The notes beneath the pieces are model-generated. The model was not told where the DNA came from and did no database searches. It saw only the letters and a list, made by a program, of their open reading frames with translations. A program made the position numbers and the translations under genes. Shown here one piece after another: positions 38,900-49,298 of a DNA stretch of 64,000 nt. Every line of letters starts with the position of its first letter. The stretch's first letter is position 1. Source of the DNA: an uncultured Acidobacteriaceae bacterium (GTDB lineage: Bacteria; Acidobacteriota; Terriglobia; Terriglobales; Acidobacteriaceae); assembly GCA_963770235.1 (NCBI GenBank), contig CAVYOW010000003.1, positions 4,706 to 68,705 on the forward strand. Reading direction: 5' to 3'.

Positions 38900-40382
38900 T
38901 CATGCAACGATGCGATTGAGAGCCGCCACCACCGCCGCGTCCTGTTCCGGAAACACCGTCCGCAAATCGAGCAGCACGCGGCCTTCTTCGACCCGGGCAA
39001 TGATCGGCGGCTCTGAACCGCGCAGGCGCGCGGCCAGTTCGTCAGCACTCAGGCCCTCGCAAGTCAGCGCCAGCACGCGCGTGGGCAAAGTGGACGATGG
39101 CGCAGCGCCGCCGCCGAGGATCGATTCGCCATCCACGATTTCAACCTTCAACTTCGGAGTTGCAACCCGCGCCGCCAGCGCATCAGCCCGCTTGCCGATT
39201 GCATCTTTCGAAAGCCGCATCATGCGTAGCGTGGGAACCGCATCGTGATCCTTCTGCACATACGCAAGAAGAGTCGCTTCCAGCGCGGCATAGATCAGCT
39301 TGTCCACACGCAACGCCCGGAACAGCGAGTTCGCTCGCATGCGCGCGATCAACTCCGAACCACCGCTGATCAGCCCTGCCTGCGGGCCGCCGAGCAGCTT
39401 GTCTCCGCTGTAGGTGACGATGTCGACGCCGTTGCGCAAGCTGTCCAGCACGCCGGGCTCGCCGTTGATGCCGACCGAGCGCAGATCAAAAAGCGCGCCG
39501 CTGCCCAGGTCTTCCATCAGCGGAATGCCGCGCTGGCGTGCCAGCACCAGCAGTTCCGCCGTAGAAGCCTGTTCGGTGAAGCCCGTGATCTCGAAGTTCG
39601 AACGGTGTACTCGCAGCAGCAGCCGCGTCCGTTCGGTGATGGCGCGCTCGTAGTCGGCGGTGCGCGTGCGGTTGGTCGTGCCCACCTCGCGCAGGATCGC
39701 ACCCGACTTGGCCATCACGTCGGGAATCCGAAACGACCCGCCGATCTCCACCAGCTCGCCGCGCGAAACAATGACTTCTCCGCCCTCCGCCACGGTATTC
39801 AGCGCCAGCAGCACGGCAGCCGCATTGTTGTTAACCACGATCGTGGAAACATCGCTGTGTGGAGACAGCCGCCTCGGCTGTCCCGCCTGGGCGAAGCCCA
39901 GCGGCTTCCGTCCGAGATCCCGTCCCAAGCATGTCACTGCTCAGCAGCTTGCGAAATAGGCGGTCCACGTGCACATCCCGCTTGCCGCGAGCGCCGGCAC
40001 CCAGGTCAAACTCCAGATTGGAATAGCTCGCCGCGGTCTCGCGGATGTGATCGATCGCTGCATCGCCCAGCGGAGCGCGGCCAAGGTTGGTATGCAGGAT
40101 CACGCCGGTGGCGTTGATCACCGGCCGCAGAGAATAACCCAGCGCCTGGCGAAGTTGATTCTCCACCGCTCCCGCCAGACCGGAGAGCGCAAGCTCCAGC
40201 GCCGCCTCGTCCAGCAGCCCCGATGTAATCTCCTGCCGCAACCGGGACAGCACGACGCGCGCCGCATCCACCACGGATTCTTGGCCGTAGCTCGCCGCCA
40301 GCGAGCAAACCGCGAGGTCGTGGGTCACCTCATCCACGGAAGGCAGCTTGCGAAAAAGTTCCGACGGCGCAGCAGTTTTCAC
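38900..40382 (-). pseudogene. selA: L-seryl-tRNA(Sec) selenium transferase, interrupted by an 82-bp repeat insertion
   Basis: The N-terminal half is in ORF 39831-40382 (..[31 protein letters not shown]). The C-terminal half is in ORF 38900-39937 from ..[16 protein letters not shown], with GGSFRIPDV and SGDKLLGGPQAG. The halves are in different frames and are separated by a REP-B copy. Confidence 0.88.
39851..39932 (-). repeat. REP-B copy inserted inside selA
   Basis: The minus strand reads ATGCTTGGGACGGGATCTCGGACGGAAGCCGCTGGGCTTCGCCCAGGCGGGACAGCCGAGGCGGCTGTCTCCACACAGCGAT. The 3' 28 nt match the other REP-B copies almost exactly. Its 82-nt length is not a multiple of 3. Confidence 0.8.
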
Positions 40383-40436
40383 CCGGAGATTATCCCACGA
40401 AGAGAATGAACCGCGCAGGGATGATTCAACCCGCCC

Positions 40437-40862
40437 CTACAGCGTATGCATGTAGGCCAGCAGATCCTGCATGTCTTGTGCACTCATCACCTGGCTGTAG
40501 CCCGGCATGTCGGGCCGGCCGTTGCGAATAATGTCGCTCACGCGGTCGTCATTCGCGGGTAGTCCAGTCTGGGGAAGATATGGATGCTGGAAAACGCCCT
40601 TCAACCCCGGACCCTTTTTCCCCTTCGTGGAATCGGGCCGGTGACAGCGGTCACAGTAGTTGTCATAAATCTTGCGCCCGGCGGCCTGCTGGGGGTTGAG
40701 GCCGAGTTCCGCGTCCGATTTGCGACGTTCCACGTCGCAGCCCGCGAGCGCGGCCAGCGCCAGCAACGCGGGCAGGAACGCACTGATCCAACCCCGATGT
40801 TGCTTCACATGCCGCAGAATGTTCCAGCACTCGATCGTTCCGATCACTCGCATCCTCGACAT
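40437..40862 (-). CDS. small c-type cytochrome (class I), probable lipoprotein
   Basis: LALAALAGC lipobox-like signal and one CDRCH haem site. The start is uncertain. Confidence 0.7.
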   Translation of the reverse strand: MSRMRVIGTIECWNILRHVKQHRGWISAFLPALLALAALAGCDVERRKSDAELGLNPQQAAGRKIYDNYCDRCHRPDSTKGKKGPGLKGVFQHPYLPQTGLPANDDRVSDIIRNGRPDMPGYSQVMSAQDMQDLLAYMHTL

Positions 40863-40944
40863 TTCCGCCAGTTTATTTGTGCCCAGTTTCCCACAGCTGC
40901 CGCAATCCCGCTCGACTTACAATGATAGAGGAAGTCTGAAAGCC

Positions 40945-41376
40945 ATGCCGGTCGCGGTGAAGCGGGTCTACGAATCGGTGTCGCGCTCCGATGGAGCGCG
41001 CGTTCTCGTCGATCGCCTGTGGCCGCGCGGCCTTTCAAAAACTGAGATCGCCATGCATGAATGGCTGCGCGATCTTGCTCCCTCCAACGACCTGCGGAAG
41101 TGGTTTCACGCGCAGCCGGAACAATGGCAGGTTTTTCGCAAACGTTACCTGAAGGAATTGGCCCGTCCCGAAGCCGAAAAAGATTTGCAAACGCTTTACT
41201 CTCTGGCCCACAAGCGGAAACGCCTCACCCTTCTGTATGCCTCGAAGAACGAGAAGCGCAACAACGCAATCGTGCTCAAGGATTTGCTCGACGGAATGCG
41301 CAAACCGCCGACCGGCACCGGCCCCGGCGCGCTTCGGACCATGGGCAAGCGGGATGCGGCTGTGCGGCGCCGCTAG
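40945..41376 (+). CDS. DUF488 family protein (second copy)
   Basis: From ATG 40945: KRVYE...GARVLVDRLWPRGLSK...WLRDLAPSNDLRKWFHAQPEQWQVFRKRY. Confidence 0.75.
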   Translation: MPVAVKRVYESVSRSDGARVLVDRLWPRGLSKTEIAMHEWLRDLAPSNDLRKWFHAQPEQWQVFRKRYLKELARPEAEKDLQTLYSLAHKRKRLTLLYASKNEKRNNAIVLKDLLDGMRKPPTGTGPGALRTMGKRDAAVRRR

Positions 41377-41426
41377 CGGTTCCGGTTTCGCTCCTCCGTT
41401 CTCTTCTTTCATTTAGAATCTGCCCC

Positions 41427-42299
41427 ATGAGAGCCGTCTTTCAATGGAGCCTCGGCACGCGCACCCTGGAACTGGGCAAACGCACGCTGATCATGGGCGT
41501 AGTCAACGTGACCCCCGACTCTTTTTCTGACGGCGGCCTCTATCTCGATCCCGAAAAGGCGACGGCCCACGCCGTACGATTGCTCGACGAAGGTGCCGAC
41601 ATCATTGACGTCGGCGGAGAATCGACCCGCCCCGGCGCCAAAGTCGCCGTAAGCGCGGAAGAAGAGTTGCAACGCGTGTTGCCCGTGATCACCGCGCTCA
41701 AGAAACAGCGCCCCGATGCGATGATTTCGATTGACACCTACAAAGCCAGCGTAGCCCGCGCCGCGGCCGCGGCCGGAGCCGAAATCGTCAACGACGTCAG
41801 CGGTCTGCGCTGGGATGCGCAGATGGCGCGCACGATTGCCGAAATAAAATGCGGCGCGGTTCTGATGCACACGCGCGGCCGTCCCGAAGAGTGGCGCACC
41901 TTGCCGCCGCCCGGCGATATTGTTCTTCTGGTCAAGCGCGAACTCCGGGAGTGGGCGGAAGCGGCCGTGCTGGCCGGCGTGCGCCGGGAAAGGATCGCCC
42001 TCGATCCAGGCTTTGGCTTCGGAAAAAACTTCGAGCAGAACTACCCGCTGCTGGCTCGTTTTCAGGACTTACAGTCTCTCGGCTTTCCCCTGCTGGCCGG
42101 AACCTCGAGAAAATCATTCCTCGGCCGCACCCTGGCGAGAGACGGGAAAGAAGACGTCCCTGCAGCCGATCGCCTGTACGGAAATCTCGCTGCGCACACC
42201 GCTTTGATTCTCAAAGGCGTGCACATCTTACGGACGCACGATGTAAGAGCTGCAGTCGATGCAGCCCGCGTGGCCGATGCCATCCTCGCCGCGCGCTGA
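41427..42299 (+). CDS. folP: dihydropteroate synthase
   Basis: From ATG 41427: IMGVVNVTPDSFSDGG, DIIDVGGESTRPGA, DPGFGFGK, GTSRKSF. Intact. Confidence 0.92.
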   Translation: MRAVFQWSLGTRTLELGKRTLIMGVVNVTPDSFSDGGLYLDPEKATAHAVRLLDEGADIIDVGGESTRPGAKVAVSAEEELQRVLPVITALKKQRPDAMISIDTYKASVARAAAAAGAEIVNDVSGLRWDAQMARTIAEIKCGAVLMHTRGRPEEWRTLPPPGDIVLLVKRELREWAEAAVLAGVRRERIALDPGFGFGKNFEQNYPLLARFQDLQSLGFPLLAGTSRKSFLGRTLARDGKEDVPAADRLYGNLAAHTALILKGVHILRTHDVRAAVDAARVADAILAAR

Positions 42300-42322
42300 C
42301 GACTCTCTGGCTGGAGCCAGGT

Positions 42323-42688
42323 TTATTGCGGGGCCGCTGGTTGCGGGGCGGCGGCCGGCAATTCGGCGACCCGCATGATGGTGCATTCCACCTGTTTGCC
42401 GTTGGCGTTTTTCACCTTACCCTTGTCACCGTTGATCTCGTATTTCACGTCGCTGCCCACAACAAAATCGGTGGCTTTCAAAGACTCCTTCTCGACCGAG
42501 CGGCAGGTGTACAGCTTACCCAAGGCGGCGAAGGAAAGATCGTACTGCTGATTCTTGTGGGTCTTCTTGTCGGTTGTTCCCGACGGCTGGAAATCTTTCA
42601 ACGTAGTGGTGCCCTCGATCTTCGATCCCGCCGCCGCCGTTATCGCGAGCGTAACTATGAAGAGCGCTATCGTTTTGCCCTTACGCAT
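42323..42688 (-). CDS. hypothetical small secreted Lys-rich protein (121 aa)
   Basis: ATG 42688 follows GGGAGGTGGAG. It has a signal peptide, two Cys and a Pro/Ala tail. No family recognised. Confidence 0.5.
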   Translation of the reverse strand: MRKGKTIALFIVTLAITAAAGSKIEGTTTLKDFQPSGTTDKKTHKNQQYDLSFAALGKLYTCRSVEKESLKATDFVVGSDVKYEINGDKGKVKNANGKQVECTIMRVAELPAAAPQPAAPQ

Positions 42689-42744
42689 GCTCCACCTCCC
42701 GGCTGATTGTACGTTGAGAAAAGCGGTCGCCGCCAGAGGAGGAG

Positions 42745-43615
42745 TCAGCCGGGAAACTTCTTCTGCCGATAACATCGATCAAAGATTCCAAACATCAGCA
42801 CGATCACCACAAAGACCATCCAGCTGGCTTCGGGACCGAGCAGGCCCCCAGTAAGCCATTGCGGTCCTTGCCAGCGGGTTTCAAGAAGATGACCGACTGC
42901 ATACTCGCCGGCGTTTTGTCCCGACCACACGAAGAGGTTAGCCAGGTCGAAGGCGGCGTGGAACCCGATGGCGAACGCCAGTGAGCCAGTGCGACGCAGC
43001 GTTAAGCACACGAACAGGCCGAGCAGCCCGGTGGAAGCAAAGTCTTCCCAGCGCTCGTGGGGCTTAAGGAAGTAGTGCAGCGCACCGAAGCCAATCGAAA
43101 GCAGAATGGCCGCCGTCCAGAATCCAATACCATCGGCGAGCGTGGCGAGGAGATAGGCGCGGAACTGGAACTCCTCGGCAAATCCGATGAGCAGATTGGC
43201 AATGATCCAGACGCCTAGCGAAATACCAGAGCGTGCTGCCATGGAGCGCAAGCCCGAGGATGCGATAGCCGCCGAAGGCCGCAATCAGGCCCACCAGCAA
43301 AGAAGTGGAAGCCGCGCCCCAGGCAAGTCCAACCCAAAAGTCGCTGCCGAAGGCGTTGCCCACTGGAACGCCGTAATCGGCGAGGCGGCGGCGCTCGATG
43401 CGAGCCATAATCCAGGTCGCGATCAGCACCTGGATGAGCGTCTGCAGCTCGCCCCAGATGGTATCCACAGGATCAAGGAACGACCGCTCTTTGGGATGGA
43501 AGATCTTGGGAATGATCCAGTCCGACAGGAATCCGAGTCCCACGAAAATGCCAACAAAAATAAGGAGACGCCAGCCGGAGCGCAAGCCACGGGCGTTGAA
43601 GAAGATTTTTCTCAT
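42745..43615 (-). CDS. CPBP (CAAX/Abi) family intramembrane glutamic endopeptidase, one frameshift near 43252 as sequenced
   Basis: The N-terminal TM block is in ORF 43064-43615. It continues in ORF 42745-43284 with the catalytic motifs EEFQFRAY, FGALHY and HAAFD. Confidence 0.8.
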
Positions 43616-43633
43616 ACTCTCAAGCGAAAATTG

Positions 43634-44083
43634 CTAAAAGGTCTTCGCCGAATCCAGCAAAATCGTCACCGGCCCCTCGTTCACCAGTTCGACCTTCATC
43701 ATCTCCTGAAAGCGCCCAGTCTCGCAGCGCAGTCCGGCGGCGCGAATCTGTTCCACAAAAATCTCATAGAGCTGCCGCGCTTTCTCCGGCGGCGCCGCGG
43801 CGTCAAACGACGGCCGCTTGCCACGTCGCACGTCCCCATAGAGGGTAAACTGCGAAACCGCCAGCACGCTCCCGCCGACCTCCTGCACGCTGCGATTCAT
43901 TTTTCCCTGGTCATCTTCAAAGACTCGCAAGCCAGCAATTTTCTCCGCCAGATAAGTTGCATCGGCCTCGGTATCGTCCCGGCCGACGCCCAGCAGAACC
44001 AGCAACCCCAAGCCAATCTCGCCCGCGATCTCCCCCTTCACCGCGACTTGAGCACGGCTTACCCGCTGCACGACTGCACGCAT
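43634..44083 (-). CDS. dtd: D-aminoacyl-tRNA deacylase
   Basis: From Met 44083: [13 protein letters not shown]...[17 protein letters not shown]...NEGPVT. Confidence 0.92.
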   Translation of the reverse strand: MRAVVQRVSRAQVAVKGEIAGEIGLGLLVLLGVGRDDTEADATYLAEKIAGLRVFEDDQGKMNRSVQEVGGSVLAVSQFTLYGDVRRGKRPSFDAAAPPEKARQLYEIFVEQIRAAGLRCETGRFQEMMKVELVNEGPVTILLDSAKTF

Positions 44084-44103
44084 AGAATTCCCAGGTTCTT
44101 CCA

Positions 44104-44544
44104 CTATGGCTTCCCAGCAAGCATCGACTCATGCGCCGCCACCGCTTGCCAGCGCCCATCGCGATAAACGTAAATGTCCGTGAAGCGAACTCTCGCCAAA
44201 ACCTTACCCTGTGCATCCACCGCCGTCGCCAACCCCCGGATGTAGCCGAAATCCCCGTGCAGCTGCGCGTGCATCTCCGTCAATTCATGATGCCCGGGCT
44301 CATGCTTGGCAGCTTTGGCCAGAGTTGTCTCGCGATTCTGCAGCGTTCCGTCCGGTCCGGCATCTTCAAACTCCGCGGCCAGCAAGCAACTCAGTGCAGC
44401 GGCGTCGCGCTCCTCCAGAGCCCTGGCCCAGGTCCGCTCGTTCTGGACCAGCGCATCCCCGTCTTTCGCCTGACCAGCCGGACAGGGCGCCCCATGAGCC
44501 ATTGCGCATAACATCAGAAAACACACCCACACACGTTTCACCAT
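44104..44544 (-). CDS. secreted SnoaL-like / DUF4440 (NTF2-fold) protein
   Basis: Signal peptide plus ...[20 protein letters not shown], typical of DUF4440. Confidence 0.6.
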   Translation of the reverse strand: MVKRVWVCFLMLCAMAHGAPCPAGQAKDGDALVQNERTWARALEERDAAALSCLLAAEFEDAGPDGTLQNRETTLAKAAKHEPGHHELTEMHAQLHGDFGYIRGLATAVDAQGKVLARVRFTDIYVYRDGRWQAVAAHESMLAGKP

Positions 44545-44856
44545 GGACTCCTGTCAAGCGAGGTACGAACTGTCCAATGATAACTTGCCCGCAGTTTGAC
44601 CACGAGAACTTCCAACCGTTAGGATCAGTTGTCCGATCCGGAATTGGCCAAGGGTTTGCCCCGTGTGGCAATCCCCTTCCTTTACACTAATTCACCGGGG
44701 CAATTACACTACACGTTCGCCTATTTTCATGTGCGGTAGCACCTGCGGGGAACAAATCGCGGAGGGTCCGGGCGAAGGCCGGACGGGAGCGGAGACTGCG
44801 GTCCCCGAATCCCGGCATCGAATTTCAAATCAAATCGAGCTAAAGCGAGGAGAAAC

Positions 44857-45102
44857 ATGGCAGCCGTTGACGAGAAAGTAAAGCAGATCATCGTAGAGCA
44901 GTTGGGTGTGGACGAAGGCGAGGTCACTTCCAGCGCGTCGTTCGTGGACGACCTGGGCGCGGATTCACTGGACACGGTCGAACTGGTAATGGCTTTCGAA
45001 GAAGGCTTCGACATCGAGATCCCCGACGAGGACGCGGAGAAGATCCGCACCGTGCAGGACGCCATCGATTACATCGGGAAGCATTCGAAAGGCGGCAAGT
45101 AG
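44857..45102 (+). CDS. acpP: acyl carrier protein
   Basis: [18 protein letters not shown] phosphopantetheine-attachment site. Confidence 0.96.
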   Translation: MAAVDEKVKQIIVEQLGVDEGEVTSSASFVDDLGADSLDTVELVMAFEEGFDIEIPDEDAEKIRTVQDAIDYIGKHSKGGK

Positions 45103-45103
45103 T

Positions 45104-46342
45104 TTGGGACGCAGGGTCGTAGTTACCGGCATCGGCCTGATCTGCGGCGTGGGTAATACCACCGGAGAGGTGTGGCAGGCCGTGCTCGCCGGCAAGAGCG
45201 GCGTGGCCCGCATCACCCAGTTCGACTCCGCGAATTTCGCCTGCCAGATCGCCGCCGAGGTCAAGAACTTCGATCCCCTCAACTTCATCGAGAAAAAAGA
45301 AGTCAAGAAGATGGGACGCTTCATCCACCTGGCCATCGCCGCCGCGGATGAAGCATTCAAGATGTCGGCCCTGCAAATCACGCCGGAAAACGCCGAGCGC
45401 GTGGGCGTGCATATTGGATCCGGCATCGGCGGGTTCGACATCATCGAACGCGAACACACCGCCCTGTTCGAAGGCGGCCCGCGCAAGATTTCCCCGTTCT
45501 TTATTCCAGCCGCCATCATCAATCTTGCCGCCGGCCATGTTTCCATGCGCTTTGGGGCAAAGGGCCCCAATGAAGCCACGGCCACGGCCTGCACCACCAG
45601 CGCCCACTCCGTCGGAGATTCTTTCCGTATCATCCAGCACAACGACGCCGACGTGATGATCGCCGGCGGCTCCGAAGCCGCCATCACCCCGATGGGCGTC
45701 GGCGGATTCGCCGCCATGCGCGCCCTTTCCACCCGCAACGACGAGCCCGAAAAAGCCAGCCGTCCCTGGGACAAGGATCGCGACGGTTTTGTCATGGGCG
45801 AAGGCGCGGGCATCCTTGTGCTCGAGGAACTGGAGCACGCCAAAAGGCGGGGCGCGCCGATCCTCGCCGAAGTATCCGGCTATGGCATGTCCGGCGACGC
45901 TTACCACATGACTCAGCCCGCTCCCGAGCACGAAGGCGGTTTCCGCGTGATGCGCAACGCCACCCGCGACGCCGGCATCAGCCCCGACAAAGTCGATTAC
46001 GTCAACGCTCACGGCACGTCCACGCCCATCGGCGATACGCTCGAGGCGCACGCCATCCGCAACTTCTTCGGCCAGCGCAAAATCCCCGTCAGCTCCACCA
46101 AGTCTATGACCGGCCATCTGCTCGGCGGCGCCGGCGGCCTCGAAGCCGGCATTACAGTCCTGGCTCTGCGCGACCAGATCCTGCCCCCCACCATCAACCT
46201 AGTCAGCCAGGACCCCGAAACCTGCGGCATGGATTTCGTCCCCAACCAAGCCCGCAAAGCCAAGCTCGAATACGCCATGTCGAACTCCTTCGGCTTCGGC
46301 GGCACCAACGGCGCGCTCCTGTTCCGCCGCTGGTCAGAGTAG
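45104..46342 (+). CDS. fabF: beta-ketoacyl-ACP synthase II
   Basis: Active-site ACTTSAH, HGTSTPIGD and GHLLGGAG. TTG start 1 nt after the acpP stop. Intact. Confidence 0.94.
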   Translation: MGRRVVVTGIGLICGVGNTTGEVWQAVLAGKSGVARITQFDSANFACQIAAEVKNFDPLNFIEKKEVKKMGRFIHLAIAAADEAFKMSALQITPENAERVGVHIGSGIGGFDIIEREHTALFEGGPRKISPFFIPAAIINLAAGHVSMRFGAKGPNEATATACTTSAHSVGDSFRIIQHNDADVMIAGGSEAAITPMGVGGFAAMRALSTRNDEPEKASRPWDKDRDGFVMGEGAGILVLEELEHAKRRGAPILAEVSGYGMSGDAYHMTQPAPEHEGGFRVMRNATRDAGISPDKVDYVNAHGTSTPIGDTLEAHAIRNFFGQRKIPVSSTKSMTGHLLGGAGGLEAGITVLALRDQILPPTINLVSQDPETCGMDFVPNQARKAKLEYAMSNSFGFGGTNGALLFRRWSE

Positions 46343-46381
46343 AAGTCTCCCAGTCACCTATCAACGCACGGTCGCGTTTCG

Positions 46382-46410
46382 TTGACTTGCCATTTTCCTC
46401 GACGTAAGAT
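46382..46410 (+). promoter_or_regulatory. sigma-70-type promoter: TTGACT, 17-nt spacer, TAAGAT
   Basis: -35 at 46382-46387 and -10 at 46405-46410. A 34-nt block is 29/34 identical to 49244-49277. The ATG at 46420 is only 9 nt past the -10. Confidence 0.6.
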
Positions 46411-46419
46411 TTGCCTCGC

Positions 46420-49152
46420 ATGATAGGCCAGACCATCTCGCACTACCGCATTATCGAGAAACTGGGCGGCGGCGGCATGGGTGTGGTCTACAAGGCCGAG
46501 GATGTGAAGCTGCACCGTTTTGTCGCCTTGAAGTTCCTGCCCGACGACATTTCTAAAGATGAGCAAGCTCTAGCCCGCTTCCAACGCGAAGCGCAGGCCG
46601 CTTCTGCCTTGAACCATCCCAACATCTGTACCATCTACGAAATCGACGACCAGCATGGGCAAGCATTCATCGCCATGGAGTTTCTGGACGGGCTGACCCT
46701 GAAGCACCGGATTGCAGGCCGGCCGCTGGAGACCGAAACCGTGCTCTCGCTGGGAATCGATATCGCGGACGCACTCGATGCTGCACATGCAGAAGGCATC
46801 GTCCACCGCGACATCAAACCGGCAAACATTTTCGTCACCAAGCGCGGGCACGCCAAGGTGCTCGACTTCGGCCTGGCCAAAGTCACGAGCCCTGCCAGTT
46901 CGTCGAGCCAGATCGCAGCGGCAAACACACTCACGCACAATGTCGACGAACCTCATCTCACCAGCCCGGGGACTGCGTTGGGCACCGTGTCCTATATGTC
47001 GCCCGAACAGGTGCGAGGTAAGGAACTGGATGCCCGCACCGATCTCTTCTCGTTCGGCGCCGTGCTGTACGAGATGGCGACCGGGGCACTGCCCTTCCGG
47101 GGTGAGACCTCGGGAATAATCTTCGATGCAATTCTCAATCGAGCTCCCACGCCTCCGGTTCGGATCAATCCGGAGTTGCCCGCTGAACTGGAACGGATCA
47201 TCGATAAGGCGCTCGAAAGAGATCGCGACCTCCGCTATCAGACTGCCTCCGAGCTTCGGGCCGACCTGAAGCGGCTTAAGCGCAATACCGATTCAGGACG
47301 GAACCTCAGCGACGCGCGTTCGACGGCGCTCTCTCCGTCGGCCTCGGGCGCCTCGCCACAGGATCCGCATCCCAGCGGCGCGTTGCCGTCGTCAGGCTCT
47401 GCCGCAGTGAGATCGTCGAGCGGGGCTGTGCTCGCAGAAGCGGCGTCCCACAATAAGGGCAAGGTGATTGGGATCGCGGCGGTGGTCTTGCTGCTTGTGC
47501 TTGCCGCGAGTTACGGCGCCTACCATCTCTTCTCTCGTCATACGCCCGATGCCCCGGGCAAGATTACCCAGATCAGTCATTGGCACAAGCCGATAAGCCA
47601 GGCAATCCTCTCCCCTTCCGGGCATGCCGTGGCCTTCACTTCGTACGTCGGGGGGTACGAACAGATTTTCCTCATGCTGACTTCGGGTGGCGAGCCCTTA
47701 CAACTTACCAACGACGAAGGCGGCAAGTTCCTTGCCAGCTTTTCCGCGGACGAAAACCAAATCTACTACGGGCGCCAACTGGGTGCCCTGGAAGTCTGGG
47801 CAGTACCTACGCTAGGTGGCACTCCGGTGCGCGTAGTTGAAGGCAGTTCTCTCCGGCCGTCTCCGGATGGCCAAAGCCTGTTCTACTCTAATTCAGAAAC
47901 CGGTGAGATTTTACAGGCTCCCGCCTCAGGTATCGGCGGGAAGGTGATCTACAACTCTAAGGATCTCGGGCTGGGATTCTATTCGAACCTCTTGGTGTTT
48001 CCGGATGGCGCCGACCTTCTGCTGATGGGCCACAGGCCATCGAACACGGAGACATCTTCGGAGATATACAAACTGAATGTCGCCAGCCATAAGGCTGCGG
48101 ATCTGGGTGCGGCACCGATCCCCGGTTCTGCGACCTGGGGGGAACCGGGAAAAACTCTGCTCTACTCGCGCGACGTCAGCGGGATTACGAATCTTTGGGA
48201 ATACAACATTGAAACCAAGGCAGTCACGCAGCTTACTTCCGGTCCAGGCCCGGATTTCCTGCCCATGCGGGATCCCGCCGGCAAAGGAATCTTCTTCATC
48301 AACGGTAAGAGTTCCGGGTTTCTCTCGGTTTACGACCTCCAGGCAAAATCCAGCCGCGACATAACTTCAGAGTTGGCTACCCAGCCGGCCATTTCCGCGG
48401 ACGGAAAGCGTGTGATGTATATCACGCAACCTGAGCCGCAGCGGACCGAGCTGTGGGTTTCAGATACCGACGGGAATAACAGTGCGAAACTGGCCTCGTC
48501 TAAAAGCCTGGCAACCGGTGATTGGTCTGAGGACGGTTTGCAATTGGAATATGTGGACCAGAATAATCCAGATCGACATTACATCGTCGATCGCGATGGG
48601 AGTCATCTCCGCGAACTCCCACGGTCCCTGGCCCACATCGACTCGGGGGTATGGAGCCGGGACAGCCGGAACCTTTACGCAAGCGGTTTTCAAGACGGAT
48701 CGACAACGTTGACGACCTGGAGGTTGAGTGCCGATGGTTCCGGCGCGGAACCAATCCATGAAGGTTGTGGATTCGCCATGGACGCATCACCCGATGGGAA
48801 ATACCTTCTGATGACTGCTCTTTACGGAGAGAATCTGGGAGTCTACGAACTTAGTGTTTCTGACAAGAAGTGCACCGTCCTCGTCCCAGGCGTGACCAGC
48901 TTTCTTCCCCGCTTCAGTCATGATGGGAAATACGTCATTTATACAATTTCCTCACGCGGCGAGGTGACCTTGTATCGCCTTCCCTGGCGCGACGGCAAGG
49001 CGACCGGGGCAGCGCAGGTGGTCTTGAAGCTCCCCTTCGCCTTTTCGCAAGTTTTCGGCGGCAATGCATACGACATTGCCCGCGATCTCTCGAAGATCGT
49101 ATACGCCCGCCCCGGCGGCCAATTTGACTTGTATCTGCTCTCCCGCAGGTAG
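46420..49152 (+). CDS. Ser/Thr protein kinase fused to a TolB-like (PD40) beta-propeller
   Basis: [32 protein letters not shown], one TM segment, then PD40-type repeats. Intact 910-aa ORF from ATG 46420 (the track starts at TTG 46411). Confidence 0.9.
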   Translation: MIGQTISHYRIIEKLGGGGMGVVYKAEDVKLHRFVALKFLPDDISKDEQALARFQREAQAASALNHPNICTIYEIDDQHGQAFIAMEFLDGLTLKHRIAGRPLETETVLSLGIDIADALDAAHAEGIVHRDIKPANIFVTKRGHAKVLDFGLAKVTSPASSSSQIAAANTLTHNVDEPHLTSPGTALGTVSYMSPEQVRGKELDARTDLFSFGAVLYEMATGALPFRGETSGIIFDAILNRAPTPPVRINPELPAELERIIDKALERDRDLRYQTASELRADLKRLKRNTDSGRNLSDARSTALSPSASGASPQDPHPSGALPSSGSAAVRSSSGAVLAEAASHNKGKVIGIAAVVLLLVLAASYGAYHLFSRHTPDAPGKITQISHWHKPISQAILSPSGHAVAFTSYVGGYEQIFLMLTSGGEPLQLTNDEGGKFLASFSADENQIYYGRQLGALEVWAVPTLGGTPVRVVEGSSLRPSPDGQSLFYSNSETGEILQAPASGIGGKVIYNSKDLGLGFYSNLLVFPDGADLLLMGHRPSNTETSSEIYKLNVASHKAADLGAAPIPGSATWGEPGKTLLYSRDVSGITNLWEYNIETKAVTQLTSGPGPDFLPMRDPAGKGIFFINGKSSGFLSVYDLQAKSSRDITSELATQPAISADGKRVMYITQPEPQRTELWVSDTDGNNSAKLASSKSLATGDWSEDGLQLEYVDQNNPDRHYIVDRDGSHLRELPRSLAHIDSGVWSRDSRNLYASGFQDGSTTLTTWRLSADGSGAEPIHEGCGFAMDASPDGKYLLMTALYGENLGVYELSVSDKKCTVLVPGVTSFLPRFSHDGKYVIYTISSRGEVTLYRLPWRDGKATGAAQVVLKLPFAFSQVFGGNAYDIARDLSKIVYARPGGQFDLYLLSRR

Positions 49153-49243
49153 CCCGGTGGTTGGACAGGTGGGCCGGGAGGCGAAGCTAGTGGGTTTCTC
49201 ACCTCTTCACGGGCAGTTTCGGGTAAAGCTTTAGTCCCGGCGA

Positions 49244-49272
49244 TTGACTTGCCGGTTTCCTCCACGTAAGAT
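49244..49272 (+). promoter_or_regulatory. sigma-70-type promoter: TTGACT, 17-nt spacer, TAAGAT (twin of 46382-46410)
   Basis: -35 at 49244-49249 and -10 at 49267-49272. It is followed by GAGGAGG and ATG 49299. Confidence 0.6.
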
Positions 49273-49298
49273 TCGCCACGAAATACAGAGGAGGCGGG

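Noticed and set aside
39851-39932. Alternative reading in which the selA segment ..GGTAEAAVS.. is the native TGAEAAL motif of SelA rather than an inserted repeat.
   Set aside because: The peptide resemblance is coincidental. The nucleotides are near-identical to intergenic REP-B copies, the two gene halves are in different frames, and removing the 82 nt gives the family-typical spacing before VVNNNAAAV.
38900-39937. The N-terminus of ORF 38900-39937 (MTCLGRDLGRKPLGFAQAGQPRRLSPHS...) as a genuine start for a shortened SelA.
   Set aside because: That peptide is the translation of the REP-B insert. A SelA lacking its N-terminal domain and starting inside a repeat is implausible.
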